NCBI GenBank assembly: GCA_003602605.1
Contig: QQRW01000018.1
Span: forward strand, 286-64,285
Direction: 5' to 3'
Length of the DNA: 64,000 nucleotides
Origin: Candidatus Poseidoniales archaeon
GTDB taxonomy: Archaea; Thermoplasmatota; Poseidoniia; Poseidoniales; Poseidoniaceae
Shown here: one piece after another, positions 21,293 through 31,135 of the stretch
Layout: each line of letters begins with the position of its first letter
Numbering within the stretch: position 1 is the first letter of the stretch
Notes under the pieces: generated by a model
The model's input: the letters and a program-made list of their open reading frames with translations, nothing else
Database searches by the model: none
Told to the model about the DNA's origin: nothing
Position numbers and translations under genes: made by a program

Positions 21293-22798
21293 GATGACAT
21301 CTACGATTTACGCAGTATCTTTCTTGGAAAAGACAGCATTGTCTCTTCTCTGATTACATCGGCTCTCGAAGGCACGCCACTTGAAGAGAATTCAGGAGAT
21401 TTAGCTTTCCTAGTGGGTACTTTTGCCGTTGTGAACATCGTCTTTTTGATGCTGTTCTTTAGCCAATTCGCTATCCTGTGGATTGAACGAAAGGCTGTTG
21501 CCCGTATGAACGACCGCCGTGGTGCAACGACCGCACTCCGCTCCCTTTGGGTCGGAGAAAACGGCGTTACTGCAGGTGAGTGGTGGAAGATGCTTCCATT
21601 TGGTGGCGGAATTGTAGGTGCCATCAACAAATTCCTCAACAAGAAGTTCGGAAACAGAGACGAGAACTTTGCAACCGTGGACCGTGTGAACAACCGTTCA
21701 TGGATGGGTTACTCGATTCTACCCGGTTTCTTCCAAAATGTTGCTGATGGAATGAAGTTCCTTCTCAAGGAACATATGGTCCCTCGACGGGCAGACAAAC
21801 TCATTTTCGAAGTCTCACCGTTCCTTATTGTTTCATCAACTCTACTTATTCTCGGCATTATTCCTCTTTCAAGTGGCATCTATGCAACCAACCCCGATCT
21901 TTCCATTCTCTACGCTATTGCCATCTTTGGAATTGCACCTATTGGAGTTTTCTTTGCCGGATGGTCATCCAACAACAAGTACACATTAATCGGCGGAATT
22001 CGCTCTGCAGCACAACTTACGGCGTACGAAATCCCTCTCCTACTCACACTCTTGTCGGTGGCTATTCTTTCGGGTACATTCAACATCATCGAGAGTATTC
22101 ACTTCCAACACGCCGCCGGTTCATGGAATCTGTTTTTGATGCCTCTGGGCGCTGTCTTGTTCCTCGTGACCATGATTGCAGAGGTTGAGCGTGTTCCGTT
22201 CGATATGCCAGAAGCTGAAGCGGAATTGGTCGAAGGGTGGTGGACCGAATACGGCGGTATGCGATTCGGAATGCTGTTCATGGCTGAATATATTCGAACA
22301 TATGCAGCTTGTTTCCTATTCACTCACTTTTTCTTGGGCGGATGGCACTTGCCATTCCAAGGTACAATCAGTCAAATCCCAGTTCTCGGCGATGCGTATG
22401 TGTTGATTCCAGGCGCTGTTGTTGTTTTGGTTAAGACATGGCTCGTCTTCCTTGTTGTGTTCGTGTGGGCCCGTTTCTCTCTTGCCCGTATCCGTACTGA
22501 TCAAATCCTTGAGTTCGGTTGGAGAATGCTTCTCCCGCTCTCAGTCGTTCAAGTCGTTCTTTCTGCGGTCTACCGACTGTACTTGTTCGAGCCTACCAAC
22601 ATGAGTTATTCTTCTGAAGGTGGAAACGCATGGGATGCATTCGGCATCCCAATGCTCGTCCCTCTTGCAACAACATTGTTTTGGCTCGGCGTCTTCTATG
22701 TGCTTCTCAACGATGAAGACAAGGACGCAGCTCCAGACAGAATGTATCACGTTTACACATTACAGCCCGCGGGAACGCATACTCCGGGAAAGGACTGA
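21290..22798 (+). CDS. nuoH: Complex I-like oxidoreductase subunit H
   Basis: ERK..A, Q..ADG.K...KE, GW.SNNKY, RVPFDMPEAEAELV.G..TEY.G and R.R.DQ....GW motifs. Confidence 0.95.
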   Translation: MDDIYDLRSIFLGKDSIVSSLITSALEGTPLEENSGDLAFLVGTFAVVNIVFLMLFFSQFAILWIERKAVARMNDRRGATTALRSLWVGENGVTAGEWWKMLPFGGGIVGAINKFLNKKFGNRDENFATVDRVNNRSWMGYSILPGFFQNVADGMKFLLKEHMVPRRADKLIFEVSPFLIVSSTLLILGIIPLSSGIYATNPDLSILYAIAIFGIAPIGVFFAGWSSNNKYTLIGGIRSAAQLTAYEIPLLLTLLSVAILSGTFNIIESIHFQHAAGSWNLFLMPLGAVLFLVTMIAEVERVPFDMPEAEAELVEGWWTEYGGMRFGMLFMAEYIRTYAACFLFTHFFLGGWHLPFQGTISQIPVLGDAYVLIPGAVVVLVKTWLVFLVVFVWARFSLARIRTDQILEFGWRMLLPLSVVQVVLSAVYRLYLFEPTNMSYSSEGGNAWDAFGIPMLVPLATTLFWLGVFYVLLNDEDKDAAPDRMYHVYTLQPAGTHTPGKD

Positions 22799-22809
22799 GG
22801 TGAATTATT

Positions 22810-23799
22810 ATGCCAATGCATCCACACGCAAAACCGAATTTTAGAAACTTGTTCTGGTATCCGTTCAAAATTACATTGATTACCGCTCTCCGAACCTTCC
22901 CGTTTTTCGGCAAGAGGTTCGGTAAGCGACTCGATTGGGGCTATCACAATACTGAACACCCAGAGTTCCTTGATGATGGAAGTAAATCCCGTGCAGGTAA
23001 AACTTCTGAGTTTAACGACATCTCGGTTCAGACTTTCGCTCCAGACCGGGTCACTTCGGACTTATTCCCTACACTATGGAAGCCTCAAACTGTTCAATAC
23101 CCGTACGAACGCCTTGAGGAAATGGAACCTTGGCTTTTCGTCCCCGGCAACTACAACGGTCGAATCGGCGTCATTTGGGAAACATGCACTGCGTGTAAAT
23201 TGTGCGTCACCGCCTGCCCTAACGATTGTCTTCACATGACCACAGAACTTCGTGTTGACGTTCTTGACGGTGCTGATGGGGAACACGGAGGAATGGGTGG
23301 AGAACTCGAAGTCGGCGGACACGCTGCCACTCTCCTCCCTGAAGTTGCAGCCACTCTTGACGACTTTAACCACGTCACAGCTCACACCGATACTCCGAAT
23401 GAATGGAGATTTGGTGAAGTGCTCGACCTTACCGGCAGTACTGCAACCGTTCGGTGGAACGATTCTGGTGAAGAAGTCGAAATCGAACAGGCTGAGTTGC
23501 GAGTTGCAGACGACCAAATTGTCTCAGGCCGTATTGACTTGGGCCGATGTATGTTCTGTGGATTGTGTATGGAAGCATGTGGTTTCACTTCTTTCTTCAT
23601 GACCAACGAATACGATGGAATGTCTGGATTCACTCGACAGGAACTTTGGATGGATGCCAGCAGAACTCGTGTATTGCCTGGAATCCATCAAGAAGCAGTT
23701 GACACCGAGTTGGCTAAGCGAGCCACCAAGGAACGCACCAAGCGTGCTAAGAAAGCAGCTAAGGCTGCTGAAGCAAAGGCTGCTGAGGAGAGTGCTTGA
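22810..23799 (+). CDS. nuoI: Complex I-like oxidoreductase subunit I (2x[4Fe-4S]) with long insertion
   Basis: TVQYPYE, CTACKLCVTACP and IDLGRCMFCGLCMEAC; lies between nuoH and nuoJ. Confidence 0.92.
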   Translation: MPMHPHAKPNFRNLFWYPFKITLITALRTFPFFGKRFGKRLDWGYHNTEHPEFLDDGSKSRAGKTSEFNDISVQTFAPDRVTSDLFPTLWKPQTVQYPYERLEEMEPWLFVPGNYNGRIGVIWETCTACKLCVTACPNDCLHMTTELRVDVLDGADGEHGGMGGELEVGGHAATLLPEVAATLDDFNHVTAHTDTPNEWRFGEVLDLTGSTATVRWNDSGEEVEIEQAELRVADDQIVSGRIDLGRCMFCGLCMEACGFTSFFMTNEYDGMSGFTRQELWMDASRTRVLPGIHQEAVDTELAKRATKERTKRAKKAAKAAEAKAAEESA

Positions 23800-23800
23800 G

Positions 23801-24076
23801 ATGGACATCGCAAGTGTTGCTGAAACGGGTGTGTTCTTTTTGTTCGCAACCATTGCGATTCTCGGCGCTCTTGGGCTTGTATTGGCCCAAAGAGTTGCTC
23901 ACTCCATGCTTTCTTTGATTTTTTCTTTCATGGCTGTTTCAGGTATTTTCATCCTTTTGGGTGCAGAATTTCTCGCTGCGATTCAGATTCTCGTCTATCT
24001 TGCTAGCGTCGGTCTCGTCGTCTTGTTCGGTATCATGCTGACCCGTCGACAAATCCTAGAGGAGGACTTTGAATGA
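23801..24076 (+). CDS. nuoJ: Complex I-like subunit J, N-terminal half (split nuoJ)
   Basis: HS.L.L.....VSG.F.LL.AEFLA..QILVY...V.V.LF.IML motif. Confidence 0.9.
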   Translation: MDIASVAETGVFFLFATIAILGALGLVLAQRVAHSMLSLIFSFMAVSGIFILLGAEFLAAIQILVYLASVGLVVLFGIMLTRRQILEEDFE

Positions 24077-24342
24077 AACTCGTTTCCTTATTCACCCGTA
24101 TGGGCTTGCTCGCTCTTGGTATGATTCTCGTGTCTGTTCTCAGCGCTGACAGCGTTTGGGCGAACAGCAGCGACGATTACCCAACCACCAGCGGTCTAGC
24201 CGATTCACTGCTCAACGATTGGGCGCTTCCTTTGCTTATCCTCGGTATTCTCATGTCGATGGCAATGATTGGTGCTGCATACCTCGTTCGTGACGAGAGA
24301 ATGGAAAACCTTCTTTGGGAATTTGGAGGTGAAGAGGAATGA
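24073..24342 (+). CDS. nuoJ: Complex I-like subunit J, C-terminal half (split nuoJ)
   Basis: L...LL.DW.LP....G.L...AMIGA..L motif; ATGA overlaps on both sides. Confidence 0.8.
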   Translation: MKLVSLFTRMGLLALGMILVSVLSADSVWANSSDDYPTTSGLADSLLNDWALPLLILGILMSMAMIGAAYLVRDERMENLLWEFGGEEE

Positions 24343-24641
24343 TTGATCCAGCATTGGTATCCGCACTCTCTGCTTTGATGTTCGTTATCGGACTCGGCGG
24401 CGCATTCACTCGAAAGAACGCTATTATTGTCCTCATGTGCATCGAATTGATGCTGAACGCAGCGAACATGCAATTCGCTGCAGCCGCAGTCCATCACGGC
24501 GATACGACCGGATGGGTTTACACACTCTTTGCCATTGCAATCGCAGCAAGTGAAGTTGCGATTGGTTTGGCGATTTTCCTTGCCGTTTACGGACAGCACG
24601 AAACGATATCATTGGACGATGTGGATGTCCTGAAGAACTGA
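24339..24641 (+). CDS. nuoK: Complex I-like oxidoreductase subunit K
   Basis: RKNAI.VLMCIELMLNA and AASEVAIGLAI motifs. Confidence 0.95.
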   Translation: MIDPALVSALSALMFVIGLGGAFTRKNAIIVLMCIELMLNAANMQFAAAAVHHGDTTGWVYTLFAIAIAASEVAIGLAIFLAVYGQHETISLDDVDVLKN

Positions 24642-24650
24642 GGTGTTTGA

Positions 24651-26930
24651 ATGGCAGGTACAGATGTTACAACTACAATTCAATCGGAGTGGCTCGATTT
24701 CGCTCCGCTCATCATTCTTCTACCAATGGTTACTTTTGCAGTGATTCTCTTTCTTGGTCGAGTGTTCAACGGCCACCCGGTCTGGAAAAACAATCTGAAG
24801 GAAGGCGGCCTCATTGCGCTACCCGTTATGGGTGCCAGCCTTGTGCTCTCTCTTCTCCTGATTTCGGAGTTCCTCGGCGGGTTTAACCCTCTCAAGGTGT
24901 TTGACCCCGAAATTGCAGATAAAATTGCGTGGGTCAATTCAGCTGTTTGGAACGGCGGAAGCACCGTTACTCCTGTCTCTTTTGGTTTCGGCATTTATGT
25001 AGACCACGTTACCGTCATGCTGTTGTTTGTAGCTGCATTCTTGTGTTTGCTCATCAACACATTCAGTATTGGATACATGAACACGGACCCTATTAACGAT
25101 AACCGAAATCACCGTTTCTATGCAGAATTCGTTTTGTTCTGTTCCGGTATGCTCGGCATGGTACTTGCAGATTCGTTCCTTTGGTTGTTCATCTTCTGGG
25201 AGATAATGGGTCTCTGCTCGTACCTCTTGATTGGATTCTATTACGAACGCCCAAGTGCAGCATCTGCAGCAAAGAAGGCTTTCTTGACCACTCGTATTGG
25301 AGACGTATTCCTCATGATTGGACTTGTCATGCTTTGGGACCTCTTCGGATCGCTTGACTACGCAGTCGTCTTTGATACCCACAACATTGAGGAAGTAGCG
25401 AAGAACTCTGCAGGCACACTTCAATGGGCGCTTGGATTAATGTTCATTGGTGCCGTTGGTAAATCTGCCCAATTCCCACTTCACGTTTGGCTGCCAGACG
25501 CTATGGAAGGACCTACGCCAGTCTCCGCACTCATTCACGCTGCCACCATGGTGAACGCTGGATTGTATCTTGTTGCTCGAATGTTCCCGTTCTTTGGAGC
25601 AGAAGCGCTCCACGGCGACCTCGAAGATCTCGCCTTCATTATCGCTGCAATTGGCGGAATTACCGCAGTTATGGCGGCAGCAATCGCTTTCGTCCAGATG
25701 GATTTGAAGAAGGTCCTCGCCTATTCGACCATGAGTCAATTGGCCTACATCTTCACTGGCCTTGGATGTGCAATGTATCTGGCTAATACGCTTGACTGGC
25801 ATCATGATGATGACGCACACTACATCGTTGTTGTCGCCTTCGGTGCTGCTTTGTTCCACCTGTTCAACCACGCTATGGCTAAGGGTATGTTGTTCATGGC
25901 CAGTGGTTCAGTGATTCACGAAGTTCATCACGCTCACCATCACCTCCACCACCACGACGACCATGGTGATGGACACCACGACGACCATCACGACGATGAC
26001 TTTGATGCTCAATCGATGGAAAACATGGGAGGCTTAGCCTCAAAGATGCCAATTACTGCTACCGCAATGCTCGTTGGTTCGGCTTCGATTATGGGATTGC
26101 CACTCATTGGTGGATTCTGGTCTAAGGAAGGCATTATCGCTAACGCTTGGAGAGTTGCACTGGATGACCCACGGTTCTTCCTGCCGGCGACATGCGTACT
26201 TATCGGAGCAGCCATGACTGGCTTCTACATGTCTCGAATGTGGTTCAAGACATTTGCCGGTAAACCAAACAACGAGGTCGCAGCTCATGTTGGACCTACC
26301 AACACATGGATCAAGACGCCTCTGTTCATCTTGACTTTCGTTACCCTTTCTTCGGTAATTTTCGCAGGACTTGGCTTCACACACTGGGCTTCCGATAACG
26401 CGTATGAACTCGGTGAGAAAGGTCTGCTCAAGGGGCTTGTCTACGAATTGGAACACGCCTTTGCAAACTCCGATGCGTTCTTCTTCATCCTGACCTATGT
26501 TGCCATCTTCTTGGGTGCAATCGTCGGTCCCGGACTTGCTATGGCTCTCTACGGAGGCAAACTTGCTGACGGGGAAGAAACAAAGTCATGGATGCGCCCA
26601 GTCATTCAACTCAGTGCTTGGATTAACAAGCGCTTCCACTTCGACAACTCTGCTTTCGCAGAATCCAGTTTGGCCACCGCTCTTGAGAACCGTCTCTACA
26701 TTGATGAGTACTACGACAAAGCTATGGTAAACATCGTGGCAGGATTCTCAAACAAAGCGGCAGAAGCAGACAGCGAAGTCATTGATGGAACCATCAAGGC
26801 GATTGAAAGTGGTTCGCAATCGCTTTCATCCATTGTTCGTTCAATGACCACTGGTTCTGCACGTGATTACATCCTCATGGTGGCAGTTGGAACATTAGCG
26901 ATCTTCATGTTGATTTGGGGGGTGGCTTGA
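24651..26930 (+). CDS. nuoL: Complex I-like oxidoreductase subunit L
   Basis: FWEIMGLCSYLLIGF, GKSAQFPLHVWLPDAMEGPTPVSALIHAATMV and KKVLAYSTMSQL. Confidence 0.97.
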   Translation: MAGTDVTTTIQSEWLDFAPLIILLPMVTFAVILFLGRVFNGHPVWKNNLKEGGLIALPVMGASLVLSLLLISEFLGGFNPLKVFDPEIADKIAWVNSAVWNGGSTVTPVSFGFGIYVDHVTVMLLFVAAFLCLLINTFSIGYMNTDPINDNRNHRFYAEFVLFCSGMLGMVLADSFLWLFIFWEIMGLCSYLLIGFYYERPSAASAAKKAFLTTRIGDVFLMIGLVMLWDLFGSLDYAVVFDTHNIEEVAKNSAGTLQWALGLMFIGAVGKSAQFPLHVWLPDAMEGPTPVSALIHAATMVNAGLYLVARMFPFFGAEALHGDLEDLAFIIAAIGGITAVMAAAIAFVQMDLKKVLAYSTMSQLAYIFTGLGCAMYLANTLDWHHDDDAHYIVVVAFGAALFHLFNHAMAKGMLFMASGSVIHEVHHAHHHLHHHDDHGDGHHDDHHDDDFDAQSMENMGGLASKMPITATAMLVGSASIMGLPLIGGFWSKEGIIANAWRVALDDPRFFLPATCVLIGAAMTGFYMSRMWFKTFAGKPNNEVAAHVGPTNTWIKTPLFILTFVTLSSVIFAGLGFTHWASDNAYELGEKGLLKGLVYELEHAFANSDAFFFILTYVAIFLGAIVGPGLAMALYGGKLADGEETKSWMRPVIQLSAWINKRFHFDNSAFAESSLATALENRLYIDEYYDKAMVNIVAGFSNKAAEADSEVIDGTIKAIESGSQSLSSIVRSMTTGSARDYILMVAVGTLAIFMLIWGVA

Positions 26931-28571
26931 ATGCAAGATTGGATTTCATTGCCGCTCGTCGGTTTCCCCTTGATCTCAAGCCTTCTTCTCTTGGCTTTCG
27001 TTTCGAAAGCAAGTGAGTCGATGCGAAACAAACTTTCCGACCCGATCCGAATGGCTTGTTTGGTGTTCTCGTTGGTTCTTCTCGGAATCACCACGGGTAT
27101 GTTCTTCCAGTACTTCGGAGACATCAGTTGGGAGGGTATTGGATTTAACCAATACGAGTACACTCATCGCTACACCTGGATTGAATCACTCGGAATTCAT
27201 TGGACTGTAGGTTTGGATGCCCTCTCCTTCCCAATGGTTTGGTTGACAACTTTCCTCCTACCTGTGACAATCATTGCTACATGGAATGAAAAGAATGGTG
27301 CTACCTACTTCCCAATCGTACTGGCAATGGGCGGCGCTTTAATCGGCGTATTCGTTGCTCTTGACTTGTTCATGTTCTACGTGTTCTGGGAATTGACACT
27401 GATTCCGATGTTCTTCCTCATCCTCATGTGGGGTGGAGCAGACAGAAAGTATGCTTCTCAGAAGTTCTTCATCTACACCTTTACCGCCTCTGTAGTGATG
27501 TTGCTCGGTCTGATAACGCTCTACTTCTTCCAAGACCCCGGAAATCCATTGGATTACGCAGGCAGCATGACCGGTCGAAGTTTCGATATTCCAACCATTA
27601 CACAACACGCTCTTGCAGAGAACAGCAATGGAAACTGGTACCTTGGAGCTAACATTCAGAAGATTCTGTTCGTAATGCTCATGCTTGGGTTCTTGGTTAA
27701 ACTTCCAGCAGTTCCATTCCACACCTGGCTGCCTGACGCTCACGTTCAAGCGCCCACGGGTGGTTCAATGCTACTAGCAGGCGTAATGCTCAAGATGGGT
27801 GCTTACGGCATGTTCCGACTGCCAATCAGTTTGTTCCCGCATGCTTTGGAGTATTTCCAACTCGCTTTGATGATTATCGGTATGATTTCGCTTGTTTGGG
27901 GAGCCATTGTCTGTTTGGGTCAAACCAATCTGAAGAAGATGGTTGCCTACTCATCCGTTTCTCACATGGGTGTCATTCTCATCGGAATCGCTACAATGCA
28001 ACCAATGGGATGGGCAGCAGCCCTCTTCATGATGTTTGCTCACGGCATCATCAGCCCGATGCTTTTCGCCGTGTGTGGCGCTTTCAAGCACCACTACCAC
28101 AGCATGGAAATCGGAGCTATGCGTGGAATGGCAAAGCACTCACCTTGGATTGCCACATCAATGATGTTTGCATGGATGGCCTCACTCGGTCTTCCACTTT
28201 TGGCAGGATTCGTTGCTGAATTAATGATGTTCATTGCTTTGTGGTATTTCATTGATGCTAACGGATGGAGCGTCTTTTGGATGGTCGGACCGGCGCTTGT
28301 ACTCGCTGTTACCGCTGCATACTACCTTTGGTCGATGCAACGAACAATCTTTGAGGGTGGAGACGAAACTCAACCTCCTGCTTCGTTGCACGGAGAACCA
28401 GTGCCCGATCTTGCATCGCCGGAGAAATTGGCTATGCTCATTCTGGCTGCCTTCACAATCCTGTTCGGTGTCATGCCGTGGATTGGTCTCGATATGATGC
28501 ATGATTGGACAAAACAAATCTTTGACGGTTTGATTTTACCAATTCTTGGTGACTTTAGCGGAGGTATCTGA
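26931..28571 (+). CDS. nuoM: Complex I-like oxidoreductase subunit M
   Basis: FYVFWELTLIPM, PFHTWLPDAHVQAPT and KKMVAYSSVSHMG. Confidence 0.97.
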   Translation: MQDWISLPLVGFPLISSLLLLAFVSKASESMRNKLSDPIRMACLVFSLVLLGITTGMFFQYFGDISWEGIGFNQYEYTHRYTWIESLGIHWTVGLDALSFPMVWLTTFLLPVTIIATWNEKNGATYFPIVLAMGGALIGVFVALDLFMFYVFWELTLIPMFFLILMWGGADRKYASQKFFIYTFTASVVMLLGLITLYFFQDPGNPLDYAGSMTGRSFDIPTITQHALAENSNGNWYLGANIQKILFVMLMLGFLVKLPAVPFHTWLPDAHVQAPTGGSMLLAGVMLKMGAYGMFRLPISLFPHALEYFQLALMIIGMISLVWGAIVCLGQTNLKKMVAYSSVSHMGVILIGIATMQPMGWAAALFMMFAHGIISPMLFAVCGAFKHHYHSMEIGAMRGMAKHSPWIATSMMFAWMASLGLPLLAGFVAELMMFIALWYFIDANGWSVFWMVGPALVLAVTAAYYLWSMQRTIFEGGDETQPPASLHGEPVPDLASPEKLAMLILAAFTILFGVMPWIGLDMMHDWTKQIFDGLILPILGDFSGGI

Positions 28572-28572
28572 A

Positions 28573-30303
28573 ATGTCGAACCTAACTGAAATCGAACCGT
28601 TCGGAGAAGGATTTGTCGAAGCAATGGGGCCAGAACTCATTTTGTTTGTTGGCATGATACTCCTTATCATCGTACCAAATCTCGGTAAAGGTACATTCCG
28701 CATACCTGGAACTCAAGTGAGACTACCTTGGCTTCTGGGTGGTCAGCGTTTTACAATTACCAGTGACCCACGGCTGCCTGCTTGGCTGGCAACCTTGACT
28801 TTAGGCGGTGCTTTCTTCAATGTTCTCTACACATTCAGCCAGGGACTCGACCGGGTTGCTATCGTGACTGAATCTGGAAAGCAATTGCTACTTGTAAACG
28901 GCTTCAGTAGGATTTTCGAACTGATTTTCTTTGGTGCTCTTGCACTTGCTGCATTTTCAAGCATGAACCGTCTACGTGTGGATGGTGTTGGTTCAAAGGT
29001 ATCAGAAACTGAATTATTCAACAACCGACGGCAAGCTGATTTCTACATCTTGATGGTAACTTGTGCACTGGGAATGTCCGTTGTCGCACTTGCCCAAGAT
29101 CTGTTTGTGTTGTTCATCGGGCTTGAACTTGCATCGTTCTCTACCTATGTCCTCGTTGCGTTCCTCAAGGAATCCAAGGTTGGGGTTGAATCTGGAATGA
29201 AATACTTCATCGTCGGTTCAGTTGCTTCAGGTGTCGGTCTATACGGCCTGTCGATGCTTTACCTCTGGGCAGGTTCGCTGCAATTCGATGTATTGGCTAC
29301 TGCTTTTGCAACGACCAGTTCAACAGAAATGGCTCTGCCGTTAATCGGAATCGGCTTTGTGCTGGTTGGATTTGGTTTCAAGGTCAGTGCAGCCCCATTC
29401 CACTTCGCTGCTCCAGATGCGTATGCTGGAGCAACAAGTCCTGTTGCCGGTGTTCTTGCAACTGCAAGCAAGGCAATGGGAATGATTGGATTGGTTCGTA
29501 TGTTACTCATTGTTGCGGCTCCTGAAACCGGTGATGGCAGTGCTATCTGGCTTGTTTGTCTTGGCGTTCTTGCAGCGGTTACCATGACTTGGGGTAACCT
29601 GGCCGCTCTTGGCAGCGACAATCCAAAGCGAATGCTCGCTTATTCCTCCGTTGCTCACGCTGGTTACATGCTGGCTGCTCTCACTGCAGTTGGTGCTTGG
29701 AACTGGGATGCTGCAGTGTCTGGCGATGCTGGTGCGGCAGCGGTTGCCGTCTTGACGGCTGTAATCTTCCACCTGCTGGTTTTGGTTGCCTTCAAACTCG
29801 GCGCCTTCCTCGTACTGTCCATTCTTGAATCAGAAGGCGATGTTTCCCGTTTGTCTTCACTTGGCGGCCTTGCTAAGCGAGAACCACTCCTTGCAGTCTC
29901 AATGTTCATCTTCATGATTTCACTTGCAGGTGTTCCACCAATGGCTGGGTTCCTTTCGAAGTTACTCGTCATCATGGGAATCGTCCGTGTCGCCGTTGGT
30001 GACATGGGTGCGGAACTCGCCGATGGCGGCATCTACGCACTAGGCGACATGCACTGGGTTTGGTGGCTTGCGTTGTTAATGGTCCTCAACTCAGCGATTT
30101 CGATGTTCTACTATCTTCGTGTCGGTGTCGTTATGTTCTTTGACGAACCTGAAGAAGGCCGTGAAGGGCCACTTCCGTCCGGCTGGCAAGTACGTGCAGC
30201 AATCTTTGCTTGTGTCCTTACGACACTCATCATTGGTGTCGCTGGAGACGCAGTGCTTCGCCTTTGTGAAATGGCTGCTCAGAGTCTCAACTACAACTGG
30301 TGA
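28573..30303 (+). CDS. nuoN: Complex I-like oxidoreductase subunit N
   Basis: E...KYF..G, GFKVSAAPFH..APD.Y.GA, KRMLAYSSVAHAG and SLAGVPP.AGF.SK. Confidence 0.96.
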   Translation: MSNLTEIEPFGEGFVEAMGPELILFVGMILLIIVPNLGKGTFRIPGTQVRLPWLLGGQRFTITSDPRLPAWLATLTLGGAFFNVLYTFSQGLDRVAIVTESGKQLLLVNGFSRIFELIFFGALALAAFSSMNRLRVDGVGSKVSETELFNNRRQADFYILMVTCALGMSVVALAQDLFVLFIGLELASFSTYVLVAFLKESKVGVESGMKYFIVGSVASGVGLYGLSMLYLWAGSLQFDVLATAFATTSSTEMALPLIGIGFVLVGFGFKVSAAPFHFAAPDAYAGATSPVAGVLATASKAMGMIGLVRMLLIVAAPETGDGSAIWLVCLGVLAAVTMTWGNLAALGSDNPKRMLAYSSVAHAGYMLAALTAVGAWNWDAAVSGDAGAAAVAVLTAVIFHLLVLVAFKLGAFLVLSILESEGDVSRLSSLGGLAKREPLLAVSMFIFMISLAGVPPMAGFLSKLLVIMGIVRVAVGDMGAELADGGIYALGDMHWVWWLALLMVLNSAISMFYYLRVGVVMFFDEPEEGREGPLPSGWQVRAAIFACVLTTLIIGVAGDAVLRLCEMAAQSLNYNW

Positions 30304-30407
30304 GGCTGTTCTTTCGGCTTAAACGCCCTATTGCGGGACTTTTGAGACGGGTTCTTGGGTGCTGTATTCAAGAAGGGTCGGCTGTTGGGATATACAGGTG
30401 AGACTAC

Positions 30408-31109
30408 TTGGGTCGACGTTATGAAGAAAAAGTGGATGTAGAAGAGCTTGCTCGACTCGAAAATCCAGAAGACGCGTCAGGCGGTAAAATCCGTGTCAAG
30501 ATGCCGAACCGTAAAATCAACGAAATGTTTGCATTTGCTGAACAGATCCTAGGTGGTCGACGTGTTACTGTTCTCTGTGAAGACGGTGAAACCCGTATGG
30601 CTCGAATCCCCGGTAAGATGCGCCGCCGTCAGTGGGTCCGTGATGGGGACCTCATCATTGTCTGGCCTTGGGATTTCCAAGACTCCAAAGCAGATGTAAA
30701 GCACCGTTACACCAAAACTCAAGCAATGTACCTTTCACGCAAAGGCGTTCTCCCGAAGGAGTTGGATTTCTTTGGTATGAATACATCAAACGATGATGAC
30801 GATGATGAATTCTCTGACACCTTCGGTACGATGGATGAGCCTGAAGAACAAGAAACCGATGATTTGTTTGGTTCTGATGACGACGATGATGACGATGATT
30901 TGTTTGGTTCTGATGATGACGATGACGATGATTTGTTCGGCTCAGACGACGATGACGATGATGACGATGATTTGTTTGGTTCCGATGATACAGAGGAAGA
31001 AGCACCGGCTGAAGAAGTTCCACACATCCCTGTTGAAGAATATCCCGCAGAAGACGATGACGACGATGACGATGACGATGACGAGGACCTCGAAGCCTTG
31101 TTTGGTTGA
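30408..31109 (+). CDS. eif1a: Translation initiation factor aIF-1A with long acidic C-terminal tail
   Basis: LGG.R..V.C.DG..R.ARIPGKMRRR.W.R.GD..IV.PWDFQ..KADV..RY; TTG start after AGGTGA. Confidence 0.93.
   Translation: MGRRYEEKVDVEELARLENPEDASGGKIRVKMPNRKINEMFAFAEQILGGRRVTVLCEDGETRMARIPGKMRRRQWVRDGDLIIVWPWDFQDSKADVKHRYTKTQAMYLSRKGVLPKELDFFGMNTSNDDDDDEFSDTFGTMDEPEEQETDDLFGSDDDDDDDDLFGSDDDDDDDLFGSDDDDDDDDDLFGSDDTEEEAPAEEVPHIPVEEYPAEDDDDDDDDDDEDLEALFG
30858..30989 (+). repeat. Four tandem coding repeats DDLFGSDD(D)n in the aIF-1A tail
   Basis: GATGATTTGTT(T/C)GG(T/C)TCNGA(T/C)GA repeated four times with variable GAY runs. Confidence 0.9.
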
Positions 31110-31135
31110 AGTGATGCAAGACCCTGGGTGGGCGA

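Noticed and set aside
23801-24342. nuoJ as a frameshifted pseudogene
   Set aside because: Both halves have proper starts, an RBS and ATGA coupling; split NuoJ/FpoJ is known in archaea.
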